A DNA stretch of 64,000 nucleotides. Origin: Verrucomicrobiia bacterium (lineage in GTDB: Bacteria; Patescibacteriota; Saccharimonadia; Saccharimonadales; Saccharimonadaceae). The translations under genes were made by a program, and so were the position numbers. Of this stretch, positions 47,735 to 56,617 are shown one piece after another. The notes under the pieces were generated by a model, which was not told the origin of the DNA, made no database searches, and worked only from the letters and a program-made list of their open reading frames with translations. The stretch is from contig DASPIB010000001.1 in assembly GCA_035629335.1 (NCBI GenBank), forward strand, positions 674,473 to 738,472, given 5' to 3'. Numbering within the stretch: position 1 is the first letter of the stretch; every line of letters starts with the position of its first letter.

Positions 47735-47781
47735 CCTACTGCCAATTAAGCAAATGTGCTTAATTGGCAGTAGGCTTTTTT
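47735..47781 (+). terminator. strong rho-independent terminator
   Basis: 18-bp perfect stem cctactgccaattaagca/tgcttaattggcagtagg, followed by CTTTTTTATT. Confidence 0.8.
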
Positions 47782-47882
47782 ATTGGCTCTCAAAACAAGA
47801 ATAGAAGCTATGGCCGGTAACTAAATGGAAACCGCCTGCCTCTGAATCACTGGGAATCAGAAGCAGGCGGAAGGACTGGGCT

Positions 47883-48251
47883 TTAGAAGAAGCCGCCCCG
47901 GTGATCGGGATGGCCTACGCGGTAAAGCCTAAGGGTACCGCCGTTGCCCCTCGCTTGAGGGACATTATCGAGTCCTAGCGCTCGCCACAGGGCATTAACC
48001 TTATTGCTAAACAGATTGGAACGATAGAGGCCAAGCTGTTCTCGTACTTTATCGAGTTCAACTAGATCAGAAACCTGTTCAACAACGACATTTCCATGAT
48101 CGGTACTAATCATTGTAGGCGGGGTTTCGTAGTGCCTCACACTAAGATCATACGCCATGCCAATATCTTGTCTCCTGCCCTCGGTCACAAGCTCATACAC
48201 ATAAAGTTCTTTTCTCGCGACAACATACACCGCCTTCGTGCGGATCAGCAC
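47883..48251 (-). CDS. hypothetical protein
   Basis: 122-aa ORF, GTG start, GAGGGTG SD. Confidence 0.5.
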   Translation of the reverse strand: MLIRTKAVYVVARKELYVYELVTEGRRQDIGMAYDLSVRHYETPPTMISTDHGNVVVEQVSDLVELDKVREQLGLYRSNLFSNKVNALWRALGLDNVPQARGNGGTLRLYRVGHPDHRGGFF

Positions 48252-48492
48252 GTTTCATTCACCCTCTCGTAACAGTCGCGTTTACTAAAGCCCCTTGCAC
48301 TCGCGAATTCGCAAGTACTACTATAATAAATAAGTTAATAAATATTGTACAATTTTATGGAGTAGAACTGGGCTATTGAGCAAGCCTTCAACTAGTGTAT
48401 TCTGACATATTTAGAAATTCCGCCTAAAAATGCTAAACTATACGATGCCTGCATAATTGCAGCTATTCGATTCCCGAGGAACTGGAGTTGTA

Positions 48493-49305
48493 ATGAAAGA
48501 CGTTCTTTTTGTCCTCGGTGCAGACGATCCGGAGATGCGGGAGATTGAACGCATCCTCAATAACGCGGCTCTACCTTACGTGTACGCCAAGGCTGAGGGT
48601 AGGCGCTGCCATCCAGGCAATGCTTACGAAGCGAGGAATCAGCTTAGTTCAGCCGCAGATGTGGTGTTCGTTGAGTGTAAGGTCGTGGGCGTAACGCCAG
48701 TGAAAACTATTGACCATCATAACGAGGGCGATCCAGGCTACGGGCTCGGGCCAACCCACTACTTGAAGGCATCCTCACTAGGACAATTGATCGGTTTCTT
48801 GCAGGAACTGGGCCATAAGATTACCATCACGCAGGATATGCGTGTATTGGCGGCCATGGATCATTGTCGCCAGGCGGCTATCCTAGGCAAATGTCCTGGT
48901 GTAAGCGCTAAAGAGGTAATCTCCCGTCGCGTAACAGAAATCGCTGCAGCAGCCGACAAGGAGGTGCGAGAAGTACAAAGTCTAATCGATAGTTACCGAG
49001 GTATTTTGGCAAAGCAGGAGAATCAACCTTTTGGTGATAGTACAGTGATTGACCTTACCGAAGCATATCTTGGAGAGGGGTACAGTCTAAAGCTCCTTTC
49101 AGCTCAAACCGCGCTTGATATCGCAGGGGTTGCTGCCTTGCTGCGTCATGCCGACAAGCCAGGAGGCCCTGAGAAGATCACTCTTTCTGGGCACGTTAGT
49201 CCAAAAATGGTACAACATTTTCTAAAGGTCTACGCCCCAGAAAAGGGACTAAAGAAGACTTATGGCGTGCCGGCCAGAGGATATGCCGGCGGTTATCTTA
49301 GCTAG
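48493..49305 (+). CDS. hypothetical protein (TIDHHNEGDPG motif faintly DHH-phosphoesterase-like)
   Basis: 270 aa from ATG 48493 (MKDVLFVLGADDPE...), GGAG SD; the DHH resemblance rests on a single motif. Confidence 0.6.
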   Translation: MKDVLFVLGADDPEMREIERILNNAALPYVYAKAEGRRCHPGNAYEARNQLSSAADVVFVECKVVGVTPVKTIDHHNEGDPGYGLGPTHYLKASSLGQLIGFLQELGHKITITQDMRVLAAMDHCRQAAILGKCPGVSAKEVISRRVTEIAAAADKEVREVQSLIDSYRGILAKQENQPFGDSTVIDLTEAYLGEGYSLKLLSAQTALDIAGVAALLRHADKPGGPEKITLSGHVSPKMVQHFLKVYAPEKGLKKTYGVPARGYAGGYLS

Positions 49306-49316
49306 ATAGAGCAGAA

Positions 49317-49360
49317 ACTGGCAGGTAGGAGAGAGATACTTAACTCTCCTACTTGCCAGT
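49317..49360. terminator. hairpin between convergent genes
   Basis: 17-bp stem actggcaggtaggagag/ctctcctacttgccagt (one G-U pair). Confidence 0.5.
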
Positions 49361-49437
49361 AATAATATTAAAGTATAGAAATAAAATAGATTGCTAGACG
49401 GTAGAAGCTCCTTGCCGCAAAGTATAGATATCAAACT

Positions 49438-51108
49438 TTATTTATCTGCCGTTAGCTCAACCACCTCACCACCCAAAGCTTCGCGAAAATAACCATCATG
49501 ACTGACATATAAAATAGCACCGCTATACTTTTTTAAAGCTTCTTCAAGTTCTTCGATACTTGGCAGATCGAGGTGATTGGTTGGTTCGTCGAGGATCAGC
49601 AGCTGCGGGTCGTTGGCGAGCATCGAAATTAGCTGAAAGCGCGCTTTTTGACCGCCACTCAGCCGGGAGATAGGTGTTTTGGCGTCGCCAATTGGGTCAA
49701 ACAGGTAGTCGCTCATCAGCTGCATGACTTTTTCGCGCCCGACACTTAAACCTTTATCTAGATACAGTCGTTCAATCGCATCAAACAACGGGAGCTCAAA
49801 ATAGGTGGTGCCGACTTCTTGCTCGTACACGCCAATGCGCGCCTGCGAATCGAGTGAAATTTCGCCAGAGAATCTGTGAATTTTAGATGTCGTAACTGAT
49901 TCTTCACCAGCAATACCACCGAGTAGCGCCTTGATTAAAGTTGTTTTGCCAGCGCCATTACGCCCGCGAAGCTCGAGCGCCTCGCCCTCTCGAAGGTCAA
50001 TGTTTATCGCTTTAAACAGCGGTTTGTCGTAGCCCAAACTAAGCCCTTTTGCTTGTATCAGCACGTGTTTACTACGCGAGGCTTCAGATTTAAGCGCCAT
50101 GCGAATATTCTTGCTTTTGAACTTTTCGTACCTGGCGGTTGCCTTGTAATTGAGTTCTTCAACCGAGTTTTTATCAATCCAAAAGGTTGGCTTTTCGATT
50201 TTCTCAAGCTCAGCTAATTCTTCCCGCGATTTCATTTCTAGCCGCTTAAATTTTTGGATGGTACCGGGGTTGCGTGATTTCTCTTTTAGGCGCTGGTAGT
50301 CAATGATTTTAGCTTTTAGATTCACTTTTCGGCGTTCGATTTGCTCAAAATCGTTCATTTGGCTTGAGGTTTGAGTGGCGTTCTGCTTTAAATAAGCGTC
50401 GTAGTTACCGGGGTAGCTTATGTTGCCACCGTCTTTTATTTCGATGATTCGGTCGACTTCGTGCAGTACATCGCGGTCGTGAGTAATCACCAGCACTGCT
50501 TCGCGGGCGGTTTTGAGCCAATCAATAAACTGGGCTTTTGCCACGTAGTCCATGTGGTTGGTGGGCTCGTCAACCAGCGCCAGGTGGGCGTTTGAGTGCA
50601 TAATCTTGACCACTTCGACCAACCGTTTCTGCCCACCAGACAGCGACATAAAAGGCGAGTGGGCCACCCCTGGTAGCTGGAAGTTATCGAGCTCGCGCGT
50701 AATTTGTTCTTCAATTTGGTAATACCCGAGGTCATCAAATCGCTGTAGGGCTTCGGTGTACTCGCTAATTTTTTTCATGTCTTCGCCCATGGTAACAGGA
50801 TAGGTTTCGAGAATATGAGACAGGCGAGCGTATTCGGGTAGGCCATGAAGAACATACTGCAAAACGGTTTGGGTTTCGGTGCCGTGGTGTTCCTGGCGAG
50901 TCGCCACCACCACCGTCCCACGACGATAAATAATTTCACCGCTAAAATCGGTATCTGTGCCGGCCAAGATTCCGAACAAGGTAGACTTGCCAACGCCGTT
51001 TCTGCCCACAATACCCACCTTTTCGCCATCATCAATAGAGAACCGGACGTTGGTCAGGAGGGTTTTGGCATTAAAACTTTTCTCGGTAACAGAGATATCG
51101 GCAATCAT
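49438..51108 (-). CDS. ABC-F family ATPase (two ABC domains, no TM; translation-factor type)
   Basis: Walker A GRNGVGKST and GRNGAGKTT; signatures LSGGQKRL and LSGGQKAR; charged inter-domain linker. Confidence 0.9.
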   Translation of the reverse strand: MIADISVTEKSFNAKTLLTNVRFSIDDGEKVGIVGRNGVGKSTLFGILAGTDTDFSGEIIYRRGTVVVATRQEHHGTETQTVLQYVLHGLPEYARLSHILETYPVTMGEDMKKISEYTEALQRFDDLGYYQIEEQITRELDNFQLPGVAHSPFMSLSGGQKRLVEVVKIMHSNAHLALVDEPTNHMDYVAKAQFIDWLKTAREAVLVITHDRDVLHEVDRIIEIKDGGNISYPGNYDAYLKQNATQTSSQMNDFEQIERRKVNLKAKIIDYQRLKEKSRNPGTIQKFKRLEMKSREELAELEKIEKPTFWIDKNSVEELNYKATARYEKFKSKNIRMALKSEASRSKHVLIQAKGLSLGYDKPLFKAINIDLREGEALELRGRNGAGKTTLIKALLGGIAGEESVTTSKIHRFSGEISLDSQARIGVYEQEVGTTYFELPLFDAIERLYLDKGLSVGREKVMQLMSDYLFDPIGDAKTPISRLSGGQKARFQLISMLANDPQLLILDEPTNHLDLPSIEELEEALKKYSGAILYVSHDGYFREALGGEVVELTADK

Positions 51109-51118
51109 GGCTTGGTTA

Positions 51119-51127
51119 AGTATAGCA
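51119..51127 (-). promoter_or_regulatory. extended -10 box TGcTATACT, near-leaderless
   Basis: Ends 10 nt before ATG 51108. Confidence 0.45.
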
Positions 51128-51128
51128 A

Positions 51129-51168
51129 ATTACCCACCCGAAACGAACAGTCGCTTCGGGTGGGTAAT
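51129..51168 (-). terminator. hairpin after the 51241 gene
   Basis: 14-bp perfect stem attacccacccgaa/ttcgggtgggtaat, abutting the ABC-F promoter box. Confidence 0.5.
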
Positions 51169-51240
51169 GGATGTTCCTCCACCATTCAAAAGTTCACGAC
51201 TTGCTTCGAAATGCTACGTCGGTTCTAAATTCGAAGGAAA

Positions 51241-51681
51241 TTACCGAATGGCGCAGATGTAACCCTCATGGGCACCGAAGCCCCGAACAATTTCCCATTC
51301 TAGGCCGTTAATAATAACGAGCGCCAGACGAGCGCCACTCCGATAAGTAGTCATCCTCTCCGACACGGAAAGCCTTGCTTGTTTAGCCTTGGTTAACCAC
51401 ATCTCCAGCAACTGCTGGTATGGGACGCCCGCCAGGTACCTGGTGAGCACCGTTTCAGGCCTTACTTCATCTTTCCTGAGCGATCGATATGACACTCGAT
51501 CAGATCGAAGCACCTCAACCACAAAGAGTTCGCGGTTAAACTTTAGGACATTTGGCGACTGATGAATCGTCTTGCCAACTACGAACGTCGTATACTCGAC
51601 AGGTCCTTGCGTCCTTAAGATTTCTACCACCTTTTTGACCGGGTCTTCGCTCGGCTTGATCGTAACACTGCCGATAGTCAC
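51241..51681 (-). CDS. hypothetical protein
   Basis: 146-aa ORF, GTG start, GAAAGG SD at 7 nt. Confidence 0.55.
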   Translation of the reverse strand: MTIGSVTIKPSEDPVKKVVEILRTQGPVEYTTFVVGKTIHQSPNVLKFNRELFVVEVLRSDRVSYRSLRKDEVRPETVLTRYLAGVPYQQLLEMWLTKAKQARLSVSERMTTYRSGARLALVIINGLEWEIVRGFGAHEGYICAIR

Positions 51682-51890
51682 AGGTTAACCTTTCGAGGTT
51701 GTGGCCTTTTGGCGTGCAGGCCTTAGACAGAATAGCAGGCGTAGTCTTCTAGGGCAAGAAGATAATTAGCCACTATAGTCGTACTAATTTTGCCACGTAA
51801 GCTCTAGTGTTGCTTTTCGCAAATTATAACTACGATTTTTCTTTACGTAAGAAACCCCTTGAGGTCATTCTTTTTTCAGTCATCACAAGC

Positions 51891-51896
51891 TACACT
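51891..51896 (+). promoter_or_regulatory. -10 box TACACT (aGCTACACT), leaderless-type
   Basis: Ends 7 nt before ATG 51904. Confidence 0.45.
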
Positions 51897-51903
51897 ATTA
51901 AGT

Positions 51904-52473
51904 ATGGCCTTCGAGGACTACCAAGAAAAAGACAGTATCACCCTTGCGTACACCGGCAACAGCAAAGGCAAAACCAGCGCTAGCTTAGGGCTCATGGTGC
52001 GAGCACTCGGTAATGACTGGCGCGTCGCCTATATTCAGTTTATTAAAAGCTGGCAGGTGAGTGAGCACGCTTTTATTGAGAAGATTATGCCTATTTTTGA
52101 AACCCAATTAACTTTTTATAAAGGTGGCAAAGGGTTTTTTAACGCAGGCGAGCTAAGCGAACAAGCAGTCAGCGACGAAGACCACGCTGCTGCGGCCAAA
52201 GCAACTTTTTCGTTCGCGCTTGAGTGCGCTACCAGCGGCGATTACGATTTAGTAATTTGCGATGAAATCAATAACGCTGTGTACGATGGGCTTTTGAGCG
52301 AGGAGGATTTACAAACGCTGCTCACAACACGAGCGCCAAAAACCAGCCTCTGCGTCACCGGGCGGCACTTTCCTGAAGAATTATTGCCACTGGTTGACAT
52401 TGCCACCAACATGACCAAGCTCAAGCACCACTTTGACGATAAATTCCTCGCGAAAAAAGGAATAGATTTTTAA
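51904..52473 (+). CDS. cobO: cob(I)yrinic acid a,c-diamide / cob(I)alamin adenosyltransferase (CobA/CobO/BtuR family)
   Basis: GNSKGKTSASLG P-loop, VAYIQFIK, LVICDEINNAV, TGRHFPEEL, KHHFDDKFLAKKGIDF. Confidence 0.85.
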   Translation: MAFEDYQEKDSITLAYTGNSKGKTSASLGLMVRALGNDWRVAYIQFIKSWQVSEHAFIEKIMPIFETQLTFYKGGKGFFNAGELSEQAVSDEDHAAAAKATFSFALECATSGDYDLVICDEINNAVYDGLLSEEDLQTLLTTRAPKTSLCVTGRHFPEELLPLVDIATNMTKLKHHFDDKFLAKKGIDF

Positions 52474-53051
52474 TGCCAACATTTCTTGACCCACAAAAGC
52501 TACGAGACCCCACAGCAGGCGCCCGGTACCTTCTGGGAGCAGTTATTGAACGCCGGCTCGATGACGGCACTATTTTAAAAGGCCGAATTGCAGAAACCGA
52601 AAGCTACCACCAAAGCGACCCGGCCAGCCATACCTACCGCGGCCCAAGCGCCCGCAACGCTGCCATGTTTGGCCCGCCTGGACACGCCTATATTTACTTC
52701 ACCTACGGCGTGCACTGGTGCTTTAATGTGACTGCTGGAGTAGAAGGTGAGGGGGCCGGGGTGCTAATTCGAGCCATTGAGCCGCTGGCTGGCATTGAAC
52801 GCATGCGCGAATTCCGGAAAGGCGCGCCCGATGCGCAGCTTACCAATGGCCCAGGTAAGTTGGCCCAGGCGCTGGCAATCGATAAAATGCTTTACGGCCA
52901 CGACTTGCGCCAGCCACCCTTGCAGGTGTATGATGCTGGCAATGTAAAAGCTTCGAGCATTACCACCGCTACCCGCATCGGCATACGCCTAGCGGCCGAT
53001 GAGCTGCTGCGTTTTTACATCACCGATTCACCTTATGTCTCGAAGAAATAA
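52473..53051 (+). CDS. mpg: DNA-3-methyladenine glycosylase (Mpg/AAG family)
   Basis: LLGAVI, AETESYHQSDPASHTYRG, PGHAYIYFTYGVHWCFNV, NGPGKL; ATG overlaps the cobO stop (TAATG). Confidence 0.9.
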   Translation: MPTFLDPQKLRDPTAGARYLLGAVIERRLDDGTILKGRIAETESYHQSDPASHTYRGPSARNAAMFGPPGHAYIYFTYGVHWCFNVTAGVEGEGAGVLIRAIEPLAGIERMREFRKGAPDAQLTNGPGKLAQALAIDKMLYGHDLRQPPLQVYDAGNVKASSITTATRIGIRLAADELLRFYITDSPYVSKK

Positions 53052-53625
53052 CCCGAAGAAATTACTGTGGGCCAGTGTAGGACTATTCGCCTTAATTGTT
53101 AGTTATCTTTCACCCCAAGTCACTTCACTAGTTACCACCGGCGCACCCGCACCCGAGCCCGGCTACTACAAAGTAGTCGATTTTGCCGATGGCGATACCA
53201 TCACCGTTGACATGAATGGCAAGCGCGAAAAGGTCCGTCTGATTGGCGTTGATACCCCAGAAAAACAACACCCAGATAAGCCAAAACAGTGCTACAGCCA
53301 CCAAGCCTCCGAGTTTACTAAGCAACGAATAACCGCCCAGGGCGGCGTGGTACGGCTCGTAGCCGACCCAACCAACGACCCGCGCGACCGCTATAACCGA
53401 TTATTGCGCTATGTGTACTTAAAAGATAACACCTTACTCAATAAGGAGCTCATCGCCACCGGCCACGGCTTTGAGTACACTCTTTTCCCATTTCAAAAAA
53501 AGGACGAATTTATTACTACTCAAGCCGCCGCAAAAAGTGCAAAAAAAGGACTGTGGGGTGCTTGCACAACAACCAAAGATGGCAAAACATGGCGCACGCA
53601 ACCGATGTCACAATCAAATAATTAG
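53035..53625 (+). CDS. nuc: membrane-anchored thermonuclease (staphylococcal nuclease / SNase family)
   Basis: N-terminal TM segment; DGDTITV, VRLIGVDTPE, RYNRLLRYVY; start overlaps the mpg 3' end by 17 nt. Confidence 0.85.
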   Translation: MSRRNNPKKLLWASVGLFALIVSYLSPQVTSLVTTGAPAPEPGYYKVVDFADGDTITVDMNGKREKVRLIGVDTPEKQHPDKPKQCYSHQASEFTKQRITAQGGVVRLVADPTNDPRDRYNRLLRYVYLKDNTLLNKELIATGHGFEYTLFPFQKKDEFITTQAAAKSAKKGLWGACTTTKDGKTWRTQPMSQSNN

Positions 53626-53632
53626 TTGATTA

Positions 53633-54460
53633 TTAGGCTGTAAAAAAATGTGCCGCCGCAACCGCCTGAAGGTAGCGTGCTCGCAACTCTTCTGATACGC
53701 GAACCGTTTTACTCACTTCTACATGGGCAAAAGCAGTGCCATCTGCCTCGGCCGCAGCACCTTGAACGTTATCCATGCCTTTCATAATGGTGGCGGTGTT
53801 ATCCCAGTTTCGCGCTATCCGGAAACCGGCTGCTTCAAGAGCATCTGCCAAGCGCTTAATAGCTTCAGAATTTTTGGCATCACCACTTGAAATAATAATG
53901 TCGTGCTCAGGGTCGGTTTCGTCGCTAAAGCCGTGCTGCTGAAACTGCGGGATGCCCCGCTTAGTGAACGCCATCGCCACCTGGTGAAATAGCGAGCCAG
54001 GCTGATGGGCGACATCGCGCGGATTGGTAAAGGAAACGTCCGTGCGATGTGTCCCTGAAATCAGCAGCAAGATACCGGGGTAAGCGCGCCAAATTTCAAG
54101 GGCAAGCTTCTCTGAATACGTATCGAAGACAATGTGCGGTGCCTCTACTAAGCCGCGGATGGGGCGGGGAGCGGCTGTAAACGTGGTGTCAATTACATAA
54201 GCTCCCCAAGCCCGTTCGGTGCCATATTCGTTGTAAACCAGAGTGAAGGGCCGATTGGTTTTTGTATCCACCGCGACGTGAGTGGTAAATCCTAACTCAG
54301 CCATAACTGGCGATTCAGTATCGCCGCGAATCAGCGCCCACAAACCGCCTATAAATGCGGCAGCTTCTTCCGGTGTGGGCTCGCGGTAGGGCTGCCGTGC
54401 TTTAATGTGGCGTGAAAATTCTGTCAGCCAGTCGTCGAGATGAAACGTTTGGGTGGTCAT
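53633..54460 (-). CDS. hypothetical protein
   Basis: 275-aa ORF, last gene of the GT4-hydrolase operon (4-nt overlap with the upstream gene). Confidence 0.6.
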   Translation of the reverse strand: MTTQTFHLDDWLTEFSRHIKARQPYREPTPEEAAAFIGGLWALIRGDTESPVMAELGFTTHVAVDTKTNRPFTLVYNEYGTERAWGAYVIDTTFTAAPRPIRGLVEAPHIVFDTYSEKLALEIWRAYPGILLLISGTHRTDVSFTNPRDVAHQPGSLFHQVAMAFTKRGIPQFQQHGFSDETDPEHDIIISSGDAKNSEAIKRLADALEAAGFRIARNWDNTATIMKGMDNVQGAAAEADGTAFAHVEVSKTVRVSEELRARYLQAVAAAHFFTA

Positions 54461-55311
54461 GCTGAACGGATAAACTCCTCAATTGCTTCGGCGGCTTTTT
54501 CGGGCGCCTCGTAATGCACTAGATGCCCTACGCCGTCGAGTATCATCAGGCGGGCGTTGGGCAATTTTTCTTTTAAAATTTTTTGATGTTGAGCTGGAGC
54601 AATGTCGTCCAGTTCGCCAGCAATCAGCAGGGTAGGGGTCACAATGCTATGGGCATGATCAGCGACGTTCTTGCTGGTTGAAGCTTGGTAGGATTCAAGC
54701 ACCACGCGCCGACTAGCAAATGAACTAAAATATGACAAATGGTTACTGTGCGACCGCGCTCGCAAGGCTTTGTCGCGGCTTTTAGTAAGGACTGCGCTCA
54801 TAGCTAACACGATGCTTTTATTACGTAATAAGGCTTTCCCCGCGTGTTCTGGTAGTTTCCCGCCCAGCCAATAGTAAAGATTGGTCAATTTGGCGAGTGC
54901 CGTTTTTTTACCTTTAAGCGGCGGCGAAGCAATGGGGTTAATGAGAATTAACTTATCCAGCGCTTCAGGGTAGGTGGCGGCAAATTCCGCGGCAATAATT
55001 GAACCAAACGAGTGGCCAAGTAAAATCGGCGGCATGGGCAGTGCAAGCTTTTCAATGAATTCTTTTAAAAACGCGACGTAATTTTCAACGTTATGCTCGC
55101 GAGTCATGAATGGCCCGGATGCACCAAACCCGGGCAGATCCGGAATTATAACCCGTACGTACGGTAACGCCCGCGTAATATACTCGAGGCCATGATGATC
55201 ACCACGAAAACCATGTACCATCACTATTGTGGGGCGCGATTCGTGATGGTAGCGCCAGTATTTAACGGTGGCGTCTTGCACCTGCAAGTAATGAGCAGTC
55301 GCTGGTTTCAT
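54457..55311 (-). CDS. alpha/beta hydrolase (Ser nucleophile)
   Basis: MVHGFRGDHHG, PDLPGFGAS, nucleophile elbow GHSFGS, C-terminal GVGHLVH. Confidence 0.85.
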   Translation of the reverse strand: MKPATAHYLQVQDATVKYWRYHHESRPTIVMVHGFRGDHHGLEYITRALPYVRVIIPDLPGFGASGPFMTREHNVENYVAFLKEFIEKLALPMPPILLGHSFGSIIAAEFAATYPEALDKLILINPIASPPLKGKKTALAKLTNLYYWLGGKLPEHAGKALLRNKSIVLAMSAVLTKSRDKALRARSHSNHLSYFSSFASRRVVLESYQASTSKNVADHAHSIVTPTLLIAGELDDIAPAQHQKILKEKLPNARLMILDGVGHLVHYEAPEKAAEAIEEFIRSA

Positions 55312-55314
55312 AAT

Positions 55315-56502
55315 TTAAGCTAGCACCGCTTGGTGCTTTTGTAGCAGCTCGTTGTAGACTGCTTCGTAACGAGTAATTGTGTGCTCAAGATCGTGCGTTT
55401 TGGCAATGGCCATACTGGCTTTTGAAAATTTCTTTCGGAGCTCTGGATCTTTTAAGATGATGGCCAGTTTTTTGGCAATTTGTTCGTCATCGTCGGTGCG
55501 GCAAAGATAGCCATTCTCGCCATCGTGGCACAGCTCGTAGAGCGCTCCGGCATCTACGGCCACTAGTGGCTGGCCAGACGCCATGGCCTCGAGCGCCGCA
55601 ATGCACTGCAGCTCGGCTGGCGAAGGCACGCAGAACACCGTGCCTACGCGGTGCAGTAGCACCAAATCTTCATCGCTCACGCGGCCAGTAAAGGTAACTT
55701 TATTAGCAATGCCTAATTCAATAGCCAACGCTTCAAGATTTTCGAGGTCGTTGCCGCTGCCTACTACCAAAAGGTGCGCGTCGATCGACTTAAACACTCG
55801 GGCGGCGGCACGCAGTAGCACGTGTAAGTGTTTTTCACCATCGAGACGGCCGATGTAGCTAATTAGCGGCTTGTCTTGCGGTAACCCAAAGCGGGTGTAA
55901 ACATCTTTTGGCACCTTACCGGGCTTAAAGCGACTGAGGTCGATGCCATTCGAGATAGCCACAATTGGCACGCCCATTTCTTCGGTTTTATCGCCAAACA
56001 TTTTAATAGCGGCCATGGTCGGCAGTGTTACATAATCGGCGCTGCTATGAAAACGTCCGCCGTATTCAGTCAAAAGATAACTGATTGGTTTGGCGAACGG
56101 GGCAAGTAGTTTTAGGTTGTCGAGCAGGTTATCAGGAATGGCGTGGTTGGTAGCTACTACCGGGATATTGAGGCGTTTACCGATCATCAAGGCAGCGCGG
56201 CCAATCCCTAAGATTCCCTGTACATGGATAACATCCGGTTGGATTTCTTCGATAATTTTCTTAACTTCGCGCTGCGGCGAAACTGAGATGCGGAAATTTT
56301 GGTAAAACGGGAAGGGCAGCGAGGTAGTTCGGCGAACAATATGATTTCTATCAACTTCTTCGTAGCGCTTACCCGTTTGTGATGGGGCAATGACCGTCAC
56401 GTCGTGTCCGTGAGCAGCGAGTCCGTGAGCTAGGTTTCGGCTGAAAGTAGCAACGCCATTTATAGTAGGCCAGTGTAAGTCGGCAGCAATAACGATTTTC
56501 AT
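55315..56502 (-). CDS. glycosyltransferase family 4 (GT-B fold)
   Basis: MKIVIAADLHWPTINGVATF N-terminus; C-terminal ...AALEAMASGQPLVAVDAGAL; ATG 56502 chosen because TATAAT lies at 56509-56514. Confidence 0.85.
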   Translation of the reverse strand: MKIVIAADLHWPTINGVATFSRNLAHGLAAHGHDVTVIAPSQTGKRYEEVDRNHIVRRTTSLPFPFYQNFRISVSPQREVKKIIEEIQPDVIHVQGILGIGRAALMIGKRLNIPVVATNHAIPDNLLDNLKLLAPFAKPISYLLTEYGGRFHSSADYVTLPTMAAIKMFGDKTEEMGVPIVAISNGIDLSRFKPGKVPKDVYTRFGLPQDKPLISYIGRLDGEKHLHVLLRAAARVFKSIDAHLLVVGSGNDLENLEALAIELGIANKVTFTGRVSDEDLVLLHRVGTVFCVPSPAELQCIAALEAMASGQPLVAVDAGALYELCHDGENGYLCRTDDDEQIAKKLAIILKDPELRKKFSKASMAIAKTHDLEHTITRYEAVYNELLQKHQAVLA

Positions 56503-56508
56503 AGTGTC

Positions 56509-56514
56509 ATTATA
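56509..56514 (-). promoter_or_regulatory. -10 box TATAAT (gtgTATAAT), leaderless-type
   Basis: Ends 6 nt before ATG 56502; the longer ORF-track start at 56517 contains the box. Confidence 0.5.
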
Positions 56515-56617
56515 CACTGTTCAGGTCTTTCGTTAAGGAAATAGCCCCGATGCGCTGCAAATTCACGCCTAAAGTAATCGGCCACTCCCACGAGTTTATG
56601 TGTGGGAGTGGCCGTGA

